The position numbers and the translations under genes are program-made. 64,000 bases of DNA from NCBI GenBank assembly GCA_964536925.1, contig CAZHZF010000009.1, positions 1,724 to 65,723 of the forward strand, read 5' to 3'. Under the pieces are notes generated by a model. It was given only the letters and a program-made list of their open reading frames with translations. It was not told the DNA's origin and made no database searches. This stretch comes from an uncultured Dehalococcoidales bacterium. GTDB lineage: Bacteria > Chloroflexota > UBA6077 > FW602-bin22. Positions 55,062 through 63,644 of this stretch are shown here, in pieces (position 1 is the first letter of the stretch; every line of letters starts with the position of its first letter).

Positions 55062-55889
55062 GTGCCCCGCCTGTACGTGACCGGAGCAGGCGGATTCATC
55101 GGCAGTCGCCTCATCGGGCTGCGGCCCACCTTGTGGCAGGTCGTGGGCCAGTGGCGGCGGACGCAGCCACCGGAGGGTACGGTGGCGATGCCCTGCCTCG
55201 ATCTGGGCGACGCGGCCGCGGTCACGGCGAGCCTCCGGGACGAGCGCCCCGATGTCGTCCTCCATCTGGCGTACGACATGGGCGCGGGTTCGGAACCTAA
55301 CCTGGCGTGGTCCCGTAACGTGTTCGCGGCCGCCGACGCGGTTGGCGCGGCCATCGTGTTCATGTCGACGGACCTGGTCTTCGACGGTAATCGGGGCTGG
55401 TATCGAGAGGATGAGCCCGTGGCGCCCACGATCGACTACGGGCGCTGGAAAGCGACGCTCGAGGCGGAGGTCGCCACACGGGGTGGAGTCTCCGCACGCA
55501 CGTCGCTCGTATGGTCGGCAGATCCGCCATCGGTGCCGATCCAGCGGATGATCCTCGATCCACTCCGGCGCGGCGAGTCGCCCCGCCTCTTCGCCGACGA
55601 ATGGCGATCTCCCACCGACGTGACCGACCTGGCACTGGGGCTCTGGGAAGTCGTGCAATCCGGCGCGCGCGGGGCAATCGTGCATCTCGCCGGACCGGAG
55701 AGAATCACCCGATACGAGCACGGCCAGTTGATCGCGCGGAAGTTCGGGCTGGCCGCCGACTTTCCGCCCAGCTACCGTGCCCAGGTGGCGCCAGACCGCC
55801 CTCGCGACACGACACTTGCCATGACCGACGCGACGCGGGCGCTGGTACGGACGACCCGATTCCGAGGACCGTCCGAGATCCTCGGCTGA
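55062..55889 (+). CDS. RmlD-like NAD(P)-dependent sugar-nucleotide reductase (dTDP-4-dehydrorhamnose reductase family)
   Basis: 'LYVTGAGGFIGSRL', 'STDLVFDG....Y.EDEPVAP...YGRWK'. GTG 55062; the 5' part of the track ORF is spurious. Confidence 0.7.
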   Translation: MPRLYVTGAGGFIGSRLIGLRPTLWQVVGQWRRTQPPEGTVAMPCLDLGDAAAVTASLRDERPDVVLHLAYDMGAGSEPNLAWSRNVFAAADAVGAAIVFMSTDLVFDGNRGWYREDEPVAPTIDYGRWKATLEAEVATRGGVSARTSLVWSADPPSVPIQRMILDPLRRGESPRLFADEWRSPTDVTDLALGLWEVVQSGARGAIVHLAGPERITRYEHGQLIARKFGLAADFPPSYRAQVAPDRPRDTTLAMTDATRALVRTTRFRGPSEILG

Positions 55890-55892
55890 TCG

Positions 55893-57077
55893 TCACGCCG
55901 CCACGGGCACCTTGATCTCGATCGTCGACCCAGCCGGCTGTCGAAAACCCTCGTAGATCTGCATCATCGTGTGCGTATCCCGCAGGCCCGCCCGCTCCGG
56001 CGGCCGATTGTTGAGAACCGAGTCGCAGAACGCGCGGATCTCATTCGCATAGCCCAGCAGAAAGGTGTGCCGGTTGTAGAGCACACCCAGACTCATCTCC
56101 GGCTCCCAGACGATCGGAGCCGACTCATCCGGTGTAAAGAAGTCCGCGCTTCGCCCGTAATAGTGGCCCGAGAACTTGCGGTAGTAAGTCAACTTCACGA
56201 TGTTGTCGACGACGATATGGCTCCCATCTCCCATGAGTTCAACGTGCTCGAGGGGTGCTCCGGCAGCCTGTCCCCCGGAGGAGTGCAGTGACGCGACCGC
56301 ACCGCTCGGGAATGTGAACTGAGCGAAGAATCCACGACTCTGCGGATCCCACACGTAGCTCATCGTCCGCGCATCGCCCATCAGGTACTGGATGACGGCG
56401 AACGGGTGCCAGACGTGATCGAGAAAGCCCACCGCGAGAGGATCGCGATCGAGCGCATACCGCGTCTCGGGCGGCGGCATGCGCTGCGGGTAGCGGATCG
56501 ACAACTGTCGGGCGCCGCCGAACTCCGGCCGCTGGCTGATCTCCCTGGCCTTGATGTAGGTCGGGACGAACATCTTCTTGTAGCCAACCTGGGTGAAGCG
56601 GCCGGTCTGCCGCTCAACCGCTTGCATCGCCTCAACCTCGGCGAGGTTCGCCGCGGGCGGCTTCTCGATCCAGGCGTGGGCGCCGGCGCGCATGATGTCC
56701 ATCGCGATGCCCGGGAAACGGGGGCGCCCCTTCTCGTCGTAATTGGTGACGACAAAGACGCAGTCGAGATTCTCGCGCGAGAGCATCTCGCGGTAATCCG
56801 CGTACGCCCGCGCCGCACCGAACTCCCGTGCGTACGCCTTGGCCCGATCGAGGTCGACGTCGGCCACCGCGATCAGATCGACCGGCGCCCAGTGAAAGGA
56901 CGAGTAGATGTTGCGATAGGAATGCCCACCGCAGCCGACGAATCCCGCGCGGACCCTACGGGTCGATTCCGCGCGGTACTCGACGGTGTTCGGCCACTCG
57001 CGCCAGTCCGGAAGGCCGAGTGTCTGCTGCCGTCGCTGCTCGCTCGTTGGAGCCCCGCGGGTCTGCCTCTCCGACAT
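55893..57077 (-). CDS. Gfo/Idh/MocA-family oxidoreductase
   Basis: 'GFVGCGGHSYRN', 'AHAWIEKPPA'. Confidence 0.8.
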   Translation of the reverse strand: MSERQTRGAPTSEQRRQQTLGLPDWREWPNTVEYRAESTRRVRAGFVGCGGHSYRNIYSSFHWAPVDLIAVADVDLDRAKAYAREFGAARAYADYREMLSRENLDCVFVVTNYDEKGRPRFPGIAMDIMRAGAHAWIEKPPAANLAEVEAMQAVERQTGRFTQVGYKKMFVPTYIKAREISQRPEFGGARQLSIRYPQRMPPPETRYALDRDPLAVGFLDHVWHPFAVIQYLMGDARTMSYVWDPQSRGFFAQFTFPSGAVASLHSSGGQAAGAPLEHVELMGDGSHIVVDNIVKLTYYRKFSGHYYGRSADFFTPDESAPIVWEPEMSLGVLYNRHTFLLGYANEIRAFCDSVLNNRPPERAGLRDTHTMMQIYEGFRQPAGSTIEIKVPVAA

Positions 57078-57445
57078 CAGTCCGTTCCTCCATCGAGAAT
57101 CTCGATCTGCCGACTACCGGTGTCGTACGCGACCACCATTCGTGCCGTCACGCTGCCCGGGTTATTCGCATCGTGCCGTGCCCCGCGCGGGATGAAGATC
57201 GCGTCGCCGGGCTTGAGCCGATAGCGCTTCCCCTCCAGGCTGTGTTCGAGTTCGCCTTCGAGCAGGTACAGCACTTCGTCGCAGTTCGGGTGGCGCATGA
57301 GGGGGTTCTTCGCCCCCGGCTCGATCTCTACGAAGCCGAACGTGACATTCGCGCCTGGCTGGGCGTCGCCGGTGACGAGCCACTGGATGCGACCCCAGGG
57401 CATCGCCGTGGCCTGAGCGGCATCACGCCGTCGAATCGGATCCAT
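57077..57445 (-). CDS. Cupin-domain protein
   Basis: 'HPNCDEVLYLLEGELE', 'GDAIFIPRGARH'. Confidence 0.8.
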   Translation of the reverse strand: MDPIRRRDAAQATAMPWGRIQWLVTGDAQPGANVTFGFVEIEPGAKNPLMRHPNCDEVLYLLEGELEHSLEGKRYRLKPGDAIFIPRGARHDANNPGSVTARMVVAYDTGSRQIEILDGGTD

Positions 57446-57448
57446 CGG

Positions 57449-57874
57449 TCACTTCCCTCTTTCCGGCTCGCTCGATCCCTCGAAAAGCACCACCGCCTCG
57501 CCGGCAATCGCCTCGATCCCGTCCCCCCGCACCAAACGGGTCGCGAGGGTCAATCGCGCGCGTGCCTCGTCGACTGCGGTGATCTCCACCGTGGCCTCCA
57601 CCTCCTCGCCGACGTAGACGGGCGCCCGGAACCGCATCGACTGCGAGAGATAGACCGCACCGGGACCGGGTACGCGCATCGCGAGCAGGGTGGAGAACAT
57701 CGATGCCGCCAGCATACCGTGAACGATCGGTCGGCCGAAGCGGGTGCTCGCCGCATACTCGGCGTCCAGATGCACGGGATTGAGATCACCCGTCAGGTGC
57801 GCGAAGCGCGAGACATCATCGGCGGAGAAGGTGCGGCGCTCCGCCGCGCGCTCGCCCAGCCGCGGCCAACTCAC
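57449..57874 (-). CDS. MaoC-like (R)-hydratase / hot-dog fold protein
   Basis: 'FAHLTGDLNPVHLD...A..T.FGRPIVHGML'. GTG 57874 overlaps the upstream stop (GTGA). Confidence 0.8.
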   Translation of the reverse strand: MSWPRLGERAAERRTFSADDVSRFAHLTGDLNPVHLDAEYAASTRFGRPIVHGMLAASMFSTLLAMRVPGPGAVYLSQSMRFRAPVYVGEEVEATVEITAVDEARARLTLATRLVRGDGIEAIAGEAVVLFEGSSEPERGK

Positions 57875-59067
57875 CGGATGGCGGCGACGCCGGCGCTCGC
57901 CCGTGCCAACGTCCGCACGGCCGAAGCCAGTCGGTCCATCTCGGCCTCGGTGTTGAAGAAGGCGCAGCAGACGCGCACGCCACCGATCCCATCGGGACCG
58001 CGATTGGCCCGCATGATGAACCCGTCCGCGCGCAAGCGATCGCGAAGTTCGGCACCCGGCACGCCGCGAATCGCGAGGCCAACCATCCCCGTGCGCAGGG
58101 TTCGGTGCACCGGCGTGAAGTCGATGACACCCGGTTCGCCGGCGAGCTGGGTGCGGAGGCGATCCGCCAGACCGAGCGAACGGTCCGCGACCTCGCCGAG
58201 CGGCGCCCGCTCGACGAATGCGAGGCCGGCCGCCATCGCGGGGTACAGCGGATAGGGCCGCGCCCCGAACTCGAAGCGCCGAGCCGTCGGATCCGGCTCG
58301 AATTCGGCCGTCGCCGCGTCGAAACGCACCGTGCCGCCCGCGCCAACCAGCGCCGGCTCGATCTCGGCGAGGCGCTCCCGGCGGACGTACATCGCCCCGG
58401 TGCCAAACGGGCCGAGCGCCCACTTGTAGAAGCCCGCGGCGTAGAAGTCCACACCCATCTGGGCCAGCGGATAGCGATCCTGACCCACCGCCTGGGTTCC
58501 ATCGAGGATCAATCTGGCTCCCACCGAGTGGGCGAGATCGGCCAATTCGCGGACGGGGACCTTGAATCCGTTCTCTGATGTCACGTGACTCACCGAGATC
58601 AGTCGCGTGCGCGCGCCGACCTGGGAGCCGACATCCTCGAGCACCGCGCCCGCGTCACGATCGTGGTGCAGGTCGAAATGACGGACGACGACGCCGTACC
58701 GACGCGCCATGACTGTCCAGATCGCCCGCGCCGCGGGATGATCCTGAACGCAGGAGATGATCTCATCGCCGGGCTGAAACTTCAGCCCGTGACCGATGAG
58801 ATTGAACCCCTCGGCGGTGGAGCGGAGCAGCGCAACCTCATCCGGATCGACAAGCCAGTGCGCCGCCACGGCACGACGGGTCTCCTCCATCCGGGTGAAC
58901 TCCTCGAGGTGGCGCGCCATCAGATCCGGTGACTCCGCCTCGACCTGCCGATAGAGGGATACGATCGTGTCCGTGACCGCGCGCGGACTCGGACCGATGC
59001 CAGCCGTATTGAGATACGTACACGTCGCCAGAGCCGGGATCTCCTGACGGATGGCCTCGATGTTCAT
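57871..59067 (-). CDS. Class V aminotransferase-fold PLP enzyme (cysteine desulfurase / isopenicillin-N-epimerase-like)
   Basis: 'YLNTAGIGP', 'SHVTSENG', 'LDGTQAVG', 'YKW' lysine region. Confidence 0.85.
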   Translation of the reverse strand: MNIEAIRQEIPALATCTYLNTAGIGPSPRAVTDTIVSLYRQVEAESPDLMARHLEEFTRMEETRRAVAAHWLVDPDEVALLRSTAEGFNLIGHGLKFQPGDEIISCVQDHPAARAIWTVMARRYGVVVRHFDLHHDRDAGAVLEDVGSQVGARTRLISVSHVTSENGFKVPVRELADLAHSVGARLILDGTQAVGQDRYPLAQMGVDFYAAGFYKWALGPFGTGAMYVRRERLAEIEPALVGAGGTVRFDAATAEFEPDPTARRFEFGARPYPLYPAMAAGLAFVERAPLGEVADRSLGLADRLRTQLAGEPGVIDFTPVHRTLRTGMVGLAIRGVPGAELRDRLRADGFIMRANRGPDGIGGVRVCCAFFNTEAEMDRLASAVRTLARASAGVAAIR

Positions 59068-59146
59068 GCCTGTGCGCTCCTTCAGATCTTCGCGACCGGA
59101 CCGACTCGCGCGTTTCGACGGCGGCTGCTTGTGATGCTGGCCTGAC

Positions 59147-59731
59147 CTAGACGTGAAACAGCGACCAGGGGGGGCGTGTGGGGTCCGGAGGGCGCGGTGC
59201 GGGCTGAAGTCCGCGGGCGCCGGAGAGGGCCCAGGCGATCGCCCATTTGGTGAGGTTCTGCACCCGTTCGTGGGCGTTCAGGACGTCGATATCCCAGTAT
59301 TCGGCGCCCGTGATCTCGTCCTGATCGTGCGATGGCTCGCTCGACGGATCCGGCTCCAGCCGGAACGCGACATACACATTGGTGCTCGGACCGCCGATCG
59401 AGCCCTGGCCACCGACGGAATGGCGGAAGCCGAGGACCTCGACCACGCTCGCGCGGACACCGGCTTCTTCCAGAACCTCCCGTTCGACGGCTGTGACGAG
59501 TGGTTCATCGTGCTCCGCGTAACCGCCCGGAAGTTGCCACCACCCGCGCCCCGGCTCGTGGCCGCGCCGGATCAAGAGGACCCGATTCTGCCGGATGACA
59601 ACGCCGCCAACCCCGATCGAGAAGTCGCCGAAGTGGATGAAGCCGCAGCCGGGCGCCGGGCACGCCGGCCGATCGCGGCCGCCATCCAGGCGCTGGATCA
59701 GGGGGGTCGCACACCTGGGACAGAACTTCAC
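59147..59731 (-). CDS. NUDIX hydrolase with N-terminal zinc ribbon
   Basis: 'CPRC....CP..GC'; Nudix box 'GGYAEHDEPLVTAVEREVLEEAGV'. GTG 59731 is preceded by AGGAGG. Confidence 0.85.
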   Translation of the reverse strand: MKFCPRCATPLIQRLDGGRDRPACPAPGCGFIHFGDFSIGVGGVVIRQNRVLLIRRGHEPGRGWWQLPGGYAEHDEPLVTAVEREVLEEAGVRASVVEVLGFRHSVGGQGSIGGPSTNVYVAFRLEPDPSSEPSHDQDEITGAEYWDIDVLNAHERVQNLTKWAIAWALSGARGLQPAPRPPDPTRPPWSLFHV

Positions 59732-59822
59732 GGGTGCCTCCTGCGCGGCAATGTATCACGAGTTCGTTGCAGAATCGGCGAATCGAGCCCCCTGGCGTGC
59801 CCGTGCCTGGTACGGTTCACGC

Positions 59823-60047
59823 GTGGGTCCTCCCGATGAAGGTCTCCTCGCTATCGTCGCGACGATCGTTTCCGGCGCGATCGTCGCCCCATTCGTCGTC
59901 TGGCTGTGGCCGAGAAGGTTGCGTCGTCCGCGGGCCCAGGCGCGCGGGTCACGGACGCCGGCAGGGGACACAAAGGCGCCCGGCAGCGGAACCGCCGTAC
60001 CGCCCAGGCGCCAGACGACCGTCAGGGAGCGTACCGCCGGCCGCTAG
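59823..60047 (+). CDS. Possible small membrane protein (one TM, basic tail)
   Basis: An open frame with TM 'GLLAIVATIVSGAIVAPFVVWLW' lies in the otherwise unassigned 360-bp gap. Start could be ATG 59751 or GTG 59823. No SD. Confidence 0.2.
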   Translation: MGPPDEGLLAIVATIVSGAIVAPFVVWLWPRRLRRPRAQARGSRTPAGDTKAPGSGTAVPPRRQTTVRERTAGR

Positions 60048-60062
60048 AGAGGCCGCTCGACG

Positions 60063-60083
60063 GATCGCCCCGAGGGGGCGGTC
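60063..60083. terminator. GC-rich hairpin just downstream of the Gfo/Idh/MocA gene stop
   Basis: ggatcgcccc-gag-ggggcggtc forms 9 bp including one G-U pair. No U-tract. Confidence 0.3.
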
Positions 60084-60091
60084 GCCGAGGC

Positions 60092-61297
60092 TCAGTATGC
60101 GATCTTCACCGGAGTGCCGCGCTTCTTCGCGCTGGCGAGAATCGCGTCGCAGATCACCGCGGCGCGATAGCCATCCACGAATGTGGCGCCATGCGGCGCG
60201 ACCGTTCGATCGTTGACGATGGCATCGAAGAAATGATGGACCTCGTGAACGAAGAGATGCTCCCACCCGATGATGTGGCCGTGCGGCCACCACACGCTCC
60301 AGAAGGGGTGGTAGCTCTCACTCACGAGGACATTGGTGAACCCGGTCGCCTCTCGAGTGCCGTGCTCGTCGGGGAGGTAGACCTCTAGCTCGTTCAGCCG
60401 TTCGAGGTTGAACGCGATCGATCCCTTCTCGCCATTGATCTCGAAGCGATTGGCATTCTTGCGGCCGCGCGCGAAGCGCGACGCCTCCAGCGTACCCACG
60501 GCGCCGTTCGCGAAGTCGAACATCGAGACAAACGCATCGTCGACGTCCACGCGCTCCCGCGTGCCGGGTCGGGTCGCCGAGGGCCGCGTGGAGATGAACG
60601 TGCGCGTCAGGGCATTGACCTCCCTGGGCTCTCCAACGAGGTATCGCGCCAGATCGATGATGTGTGCCCCAAGATCGCCCAGGACGCCGGACCCGGCCCG
60701 ATTCTTCTTCAGGCGCCAGACGATCGGAAATTCAGGATCCGTGATCCACTCCTGCAGGTAGGTCGCGCGGAAGTGGAAGATCCTGCCGAGTTTGCCCGCC
60801 TCGATGAGATCTCGGGCGAGTCGAATCGCCGGCACGAACCGATAGTTGAAGGCGCAGGAGTGCTTCACCTTCGCCTTCTCGACCGCATCAAGCATGGTCT
60901 TCGCCTCGGCAGCATCGCGGGCGAGCGGTTTCTCGCAGATGATGTGCTTGCCCGCCTCCGCGGCGGCGATGCACGGTGCGGCGTGGAGGTCGTTCGGCGC
61001 CCCGTTGTCGAACACCTGAACGTCTGGGTCCGCGACCAGATCCTGCCAGCGACGGTAGGTCCGGGCATAGCCGAATCGTCTCGCCGCCTCGCCGACCGCC
61101 TTCTGGTCGCGCCCGGCGATTGCGACCAATCGTGGGCGCGCCGGCGGCGGCCAGAAGATGTACGGCATCTTGATGAACGCGTTGCTGTGCGCCTTCCCCA
61201 TGAAGGCATAGCCGAGCATCCCGACGCCGAGTTCGGGAATCTCGGCATCGCTCGACTCCGCGATGCCCATGGTCACGAAACCAACCCGTTCGCTCAC
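60092..61297 (-). CDS. Gfo/Idh/MocA-family oxidoreductase
   Basis: 'VGMLGYAFMGKAH', 'HIICEKP'. 401 aa. Confidence 0.85.
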   Translation of the reverse strand: MSERVGFVTMGIAESSDAEIPELGVGMLGYAFMGKAHSNAFIKMPYIFWPPPARPRLVAIAGRDQKAVGEAARRFGYARTYRRWQDLVADPDVQVFDNGAPNDLHAAPCIAAAEAGKHIICEKPLARDAAEAKTMLDAVEKAKVKHSCAFNYRFVPAIRLARDLIEAGKLGRIFHFRATYLQEWITDPEFPIVWRLKKNRAGSGVLGDLGAHIIDLARYLVGEPREVNALTRTFISTRPSATRPGTRERVDVDDAFVSMFDFANGAVGTLEASRFARGRKNANRFEINGEKGSIAFNLERLNELEVYLPDEHGTREATGFTNVLVSESYHPFWSVWWPHGHIIGWEHLFVHEVHHFFDAIVNDRTVAPHGATFVDGYRAAVICDAILASAKKRGTPVKIAY

Positions 61298-61327
61298 GAG
61301 ACGCCCTCCCGACCGATCGATTCCGCG

Positions 61328-62326
61328 CTACTGCTGAAAGGCGGCGTCGAACGCCACCTGAGAGGGAGCGAAGTCAACCTGCCTCACGAGGCGCAGCGCC
61401 TCTGCCGCGCCGTGCTCCCGGTCCATTCCCGAATCCTCCCACTCGACGGAGAGGGGGCCGCGATATCCAATCGCATTGAGGGCCCGCATCATCGGTCCGA
61501 AGCGCACCTCGCCGTGCCCGGGCGATACGAAGTCCCATCCGCGCCGCCTGTCGCCGAAGTTCAAGTGCGAGGCGAGGATCGAGGAGTCACCGTCCAGCGT
61601 GCGCCGCGCGTCCTTCACGTGGACGTGGTAGATGCGATCCGGGAAGCGATGGATGAAGCGGGCCGGGTCCACCGACTGCCAGATGAGGTGGCTCGGATCG
61701 AAGTTGAAGCCGAACTCGGGGCGCCGATCGAGCGCCGCCAGCGCCCTCTCGGCGGTGTAGAGATCGTAGGCGATCTCGCCGGGGTGAACCTCGAGGGCGA
61801 ACCGGACGCCGAGCCGACCGAACTCATCCAGGATCGGGTTCCACGCGGCGGCGAAACGCTGGTATCCCTCGTCGATCATCGAGGGTTGCTGAGGCGGGAA
61901 GGCGAACCACAGGTGCCAGATGGGCGACCCCGTGAAACCGGTGACCACCTCCACGCCGAGGTTTTTCGCCGCCCGTGGCGCCGCCATGCAGAGATCGATC
62001 GCCCAGCGGCGCATGGCCGCCGGATCGCCGCGATGCTCGGGCGGGCCGTGATAGATCGCGTTGTGACGCGAGTCGATCGGGTCGTCGCAGACGAACTGGC
62101 CGGCGAGGTGGATGCTGAACGCGTACAACTCCAGGCCATGCCGGGCCAGAATCCCCCTCTGCTCGCGCGCGTATCCCGCGTCCGCCGCCGCCCGTGGGAC
62201 ATCCAGGTGATCGCCCCAGGAACAGAGTTCCAGGCCGTCGTATCCCCAGGCTTTCGCCTTCGCGGCCAGCGCTGCCAGCGGCATATCCGCCCACTGACCC
62301 GTGAACAGAGTGACCGGACGACCCAT
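61328..62326 (-). CDS. Sugar phosphate isomerase/epimerase (xylose-isomerase-like TIM barrel)
   Basis: 'GYDGLEL', 'FALEVHPGE', 'HVHVKD', 'LSVEWED'. Confidence 0.8.
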   Translation of the reverse strand: MGRPVTLFTGQWADMPLAALAAKAKAWGYDGLELCSWGDHLDVPRAAADAGYAREQRGILARHGLELYAFSIHLAGQFVCDDPIDSRHNAIYHGPPEHRGDPAAMRRWAIDLCMAAPRAAKNLGVEVVTGFTGSPIWHLWFAFPPQQPSMIDEGYQRFAAAWNPILDEFGRLGVRFALEVHPGEIAYDLYTAERALAALDRRPEFGFNFDPSHLIWQSVDPARFIHRFPDRIYHVHVKDARRTLDGDSSILASHLNFGDRRRGWDFVSPGHGEVRFGPMMRALNAIGYRGPLSVEWEDSGMDREHGAAEALRLVRQVDFAPSQVAFDAAFQQ

Positions 62327-62400
62327 TGTCGGCTCCTCGGTGGCGTCGAGAGGGCCATTATGATCGATGCCGCGAGCGCCGACTCGCTGCCGGAGGGGGC

Positions 62401-63642
62401 ATGAAGGCCGAGATCATCAGTTGCGGCACCGAGTTACTGCTCGGGCACATCGTTGATACAAACGCGGCGTGGCTGGCCCAACAGCTTGCCCCACTGGGAG
62501 TGGACGTGTACTTCGTCTCGCAGGTCGGCGACAACCAGGGGCGCGTCGTTGGACTGCTGAAACAGGCATGGTCACGATCGGATCTGATCGTGATGACGGG
62601 TGGAATCGGCCCGACTGAGGATGATGCGACCCGCGAGTCCATTGCCGAACTGCTGGGCGAGCGGATGTCCGTGATCCCCGAACTCGAGACCGAGTTGCGG
62701 AGCTTCTGGACCCGTCGCGGCCGCGAGATGCCAGAGCGGAACATCAAACAGGCGACGCTCATCCCCTCCGCCACCACCTTGCCGAACCCGCACGGCACCG
62801 CGCCGGGCTGGTTCGTTGAGAAGGACGGCCACATCATCGTCGCGATGCCGGGTGTTCCCCACGAGATGTTCCGGATGTGGAAGGATCACGCCGAGCCTCG
62901 GATCGTCAGTCGCCTCGGCGCCGGCGTGATCCATACGCGGATCCACAAGGTCCTCGGCCTGGGCGAATCGCAGGTCGAGGAGATGATCGATGATCTGATC
63001 CATGGGACCAACCCCACGGTCGCGACGTACGCGAAGGCCGACGGGATCTACGTGCGCGTCTCGGCGAAGGCCGCCTCGGTGGCAGCGGCGGAGAGCCTGA
63101 TGGCCCCGATCGAGGCCCGCCTCCGCGAGATTCTGGGAAACCACATCTACGGCATTGACGATGAGACGCTGGTGACCGCATGTGCCCGATCGCTGGCGGC
63201 GCGTGGCTTGACCCTGGCCACCTTCGAGGCGAACACGGGCGGCCTCGTCGCCAGTCAGATCACCGATGCGACCGGCATCGACGGGATCTACCTCGGCGGC
63301 CTGGTGGCCCGCACCTCGACACACATGGAGGACTTCGGAATCGATTCCGCAATCCTGGCGCACCACGGCCCTACCTCCGCCGAGGCAGCCCGGGCGATGG
63401 CGAGCGCGGCGCGCACACGCTTTGGGGCCTCGGTAGGACTCGGAGTCTCGGGTACCACCGGCGCCGAGGGGACATCGCGCCAGAATCCGGGCTCGCTCCA
63501 CCTGGCGGTCGACGTCGAGGGCCGCGTCACTTACGAGGTGGGCGGGATTTTCGGGACCACCGCGGCGCAGTTGAAGGGGCGTGCCGCGCTCGCCGCGCTC
63601 GACTTCCTGCGCCGCGCACTGGATAGAGATGGAGTGAATTGA
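62401..63642 (+). CDS. cinA: CinA-family competence/damage-inducible protein (NMN deamidase)
   Basis: 'MKAEIISCGTELLLG.IVDTN', 'TGGIGPTEDD', and a C-terminal CinA domain 'ESCTGG'-like 'EANTGGL'. ATG 62401. Confidence 0.9.
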   Translation: MKAEIISCGTELLLGHIVDTNAAWLAQQLAPLGVDVYFVSQVGDNQGRVVGLLKQAWSRSDLIVMTGGIGPTEDDATRESIAELLGERMSVIPELETELRSFWTRRGREMPERNIKQATLIPSATTLPNPHGTAPGWFVEKDGHIIVAMPGVPHEMFRMWKDHAEPRIVSRLGAGVIHTRIHKVLGLGESQVEEMIDDLIHGTNPTVATYAKADGIYVRVSAKAASVAAAESLMAPIEARLREILGNHIYGIDDETLVTACARSLAARGLTLATFEANTGGLVASQITDATGIDGIYLGGLVARTSTHMEDFGIDSAILAHHGPTSAEAARAMASAARTRFGASVGLGVSGTTGAEGTSRQNPGSLHLAVDVEGRVTYEVGGIFGTTAAQLKGRAALAALDFLRRALDRDGVN

Positions 63643-63644
63643 CG

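Noticed and set aside
59853-59887. Palindromic ATCGTCGC / GCGACGAT repeats looking like an operator
   Set aside because: Explained equally well by repeated Ile-Val-Ala codons of the possible small TM ORF and by GC-rich sequence bias. There is no second half-site pattern elsewhere.
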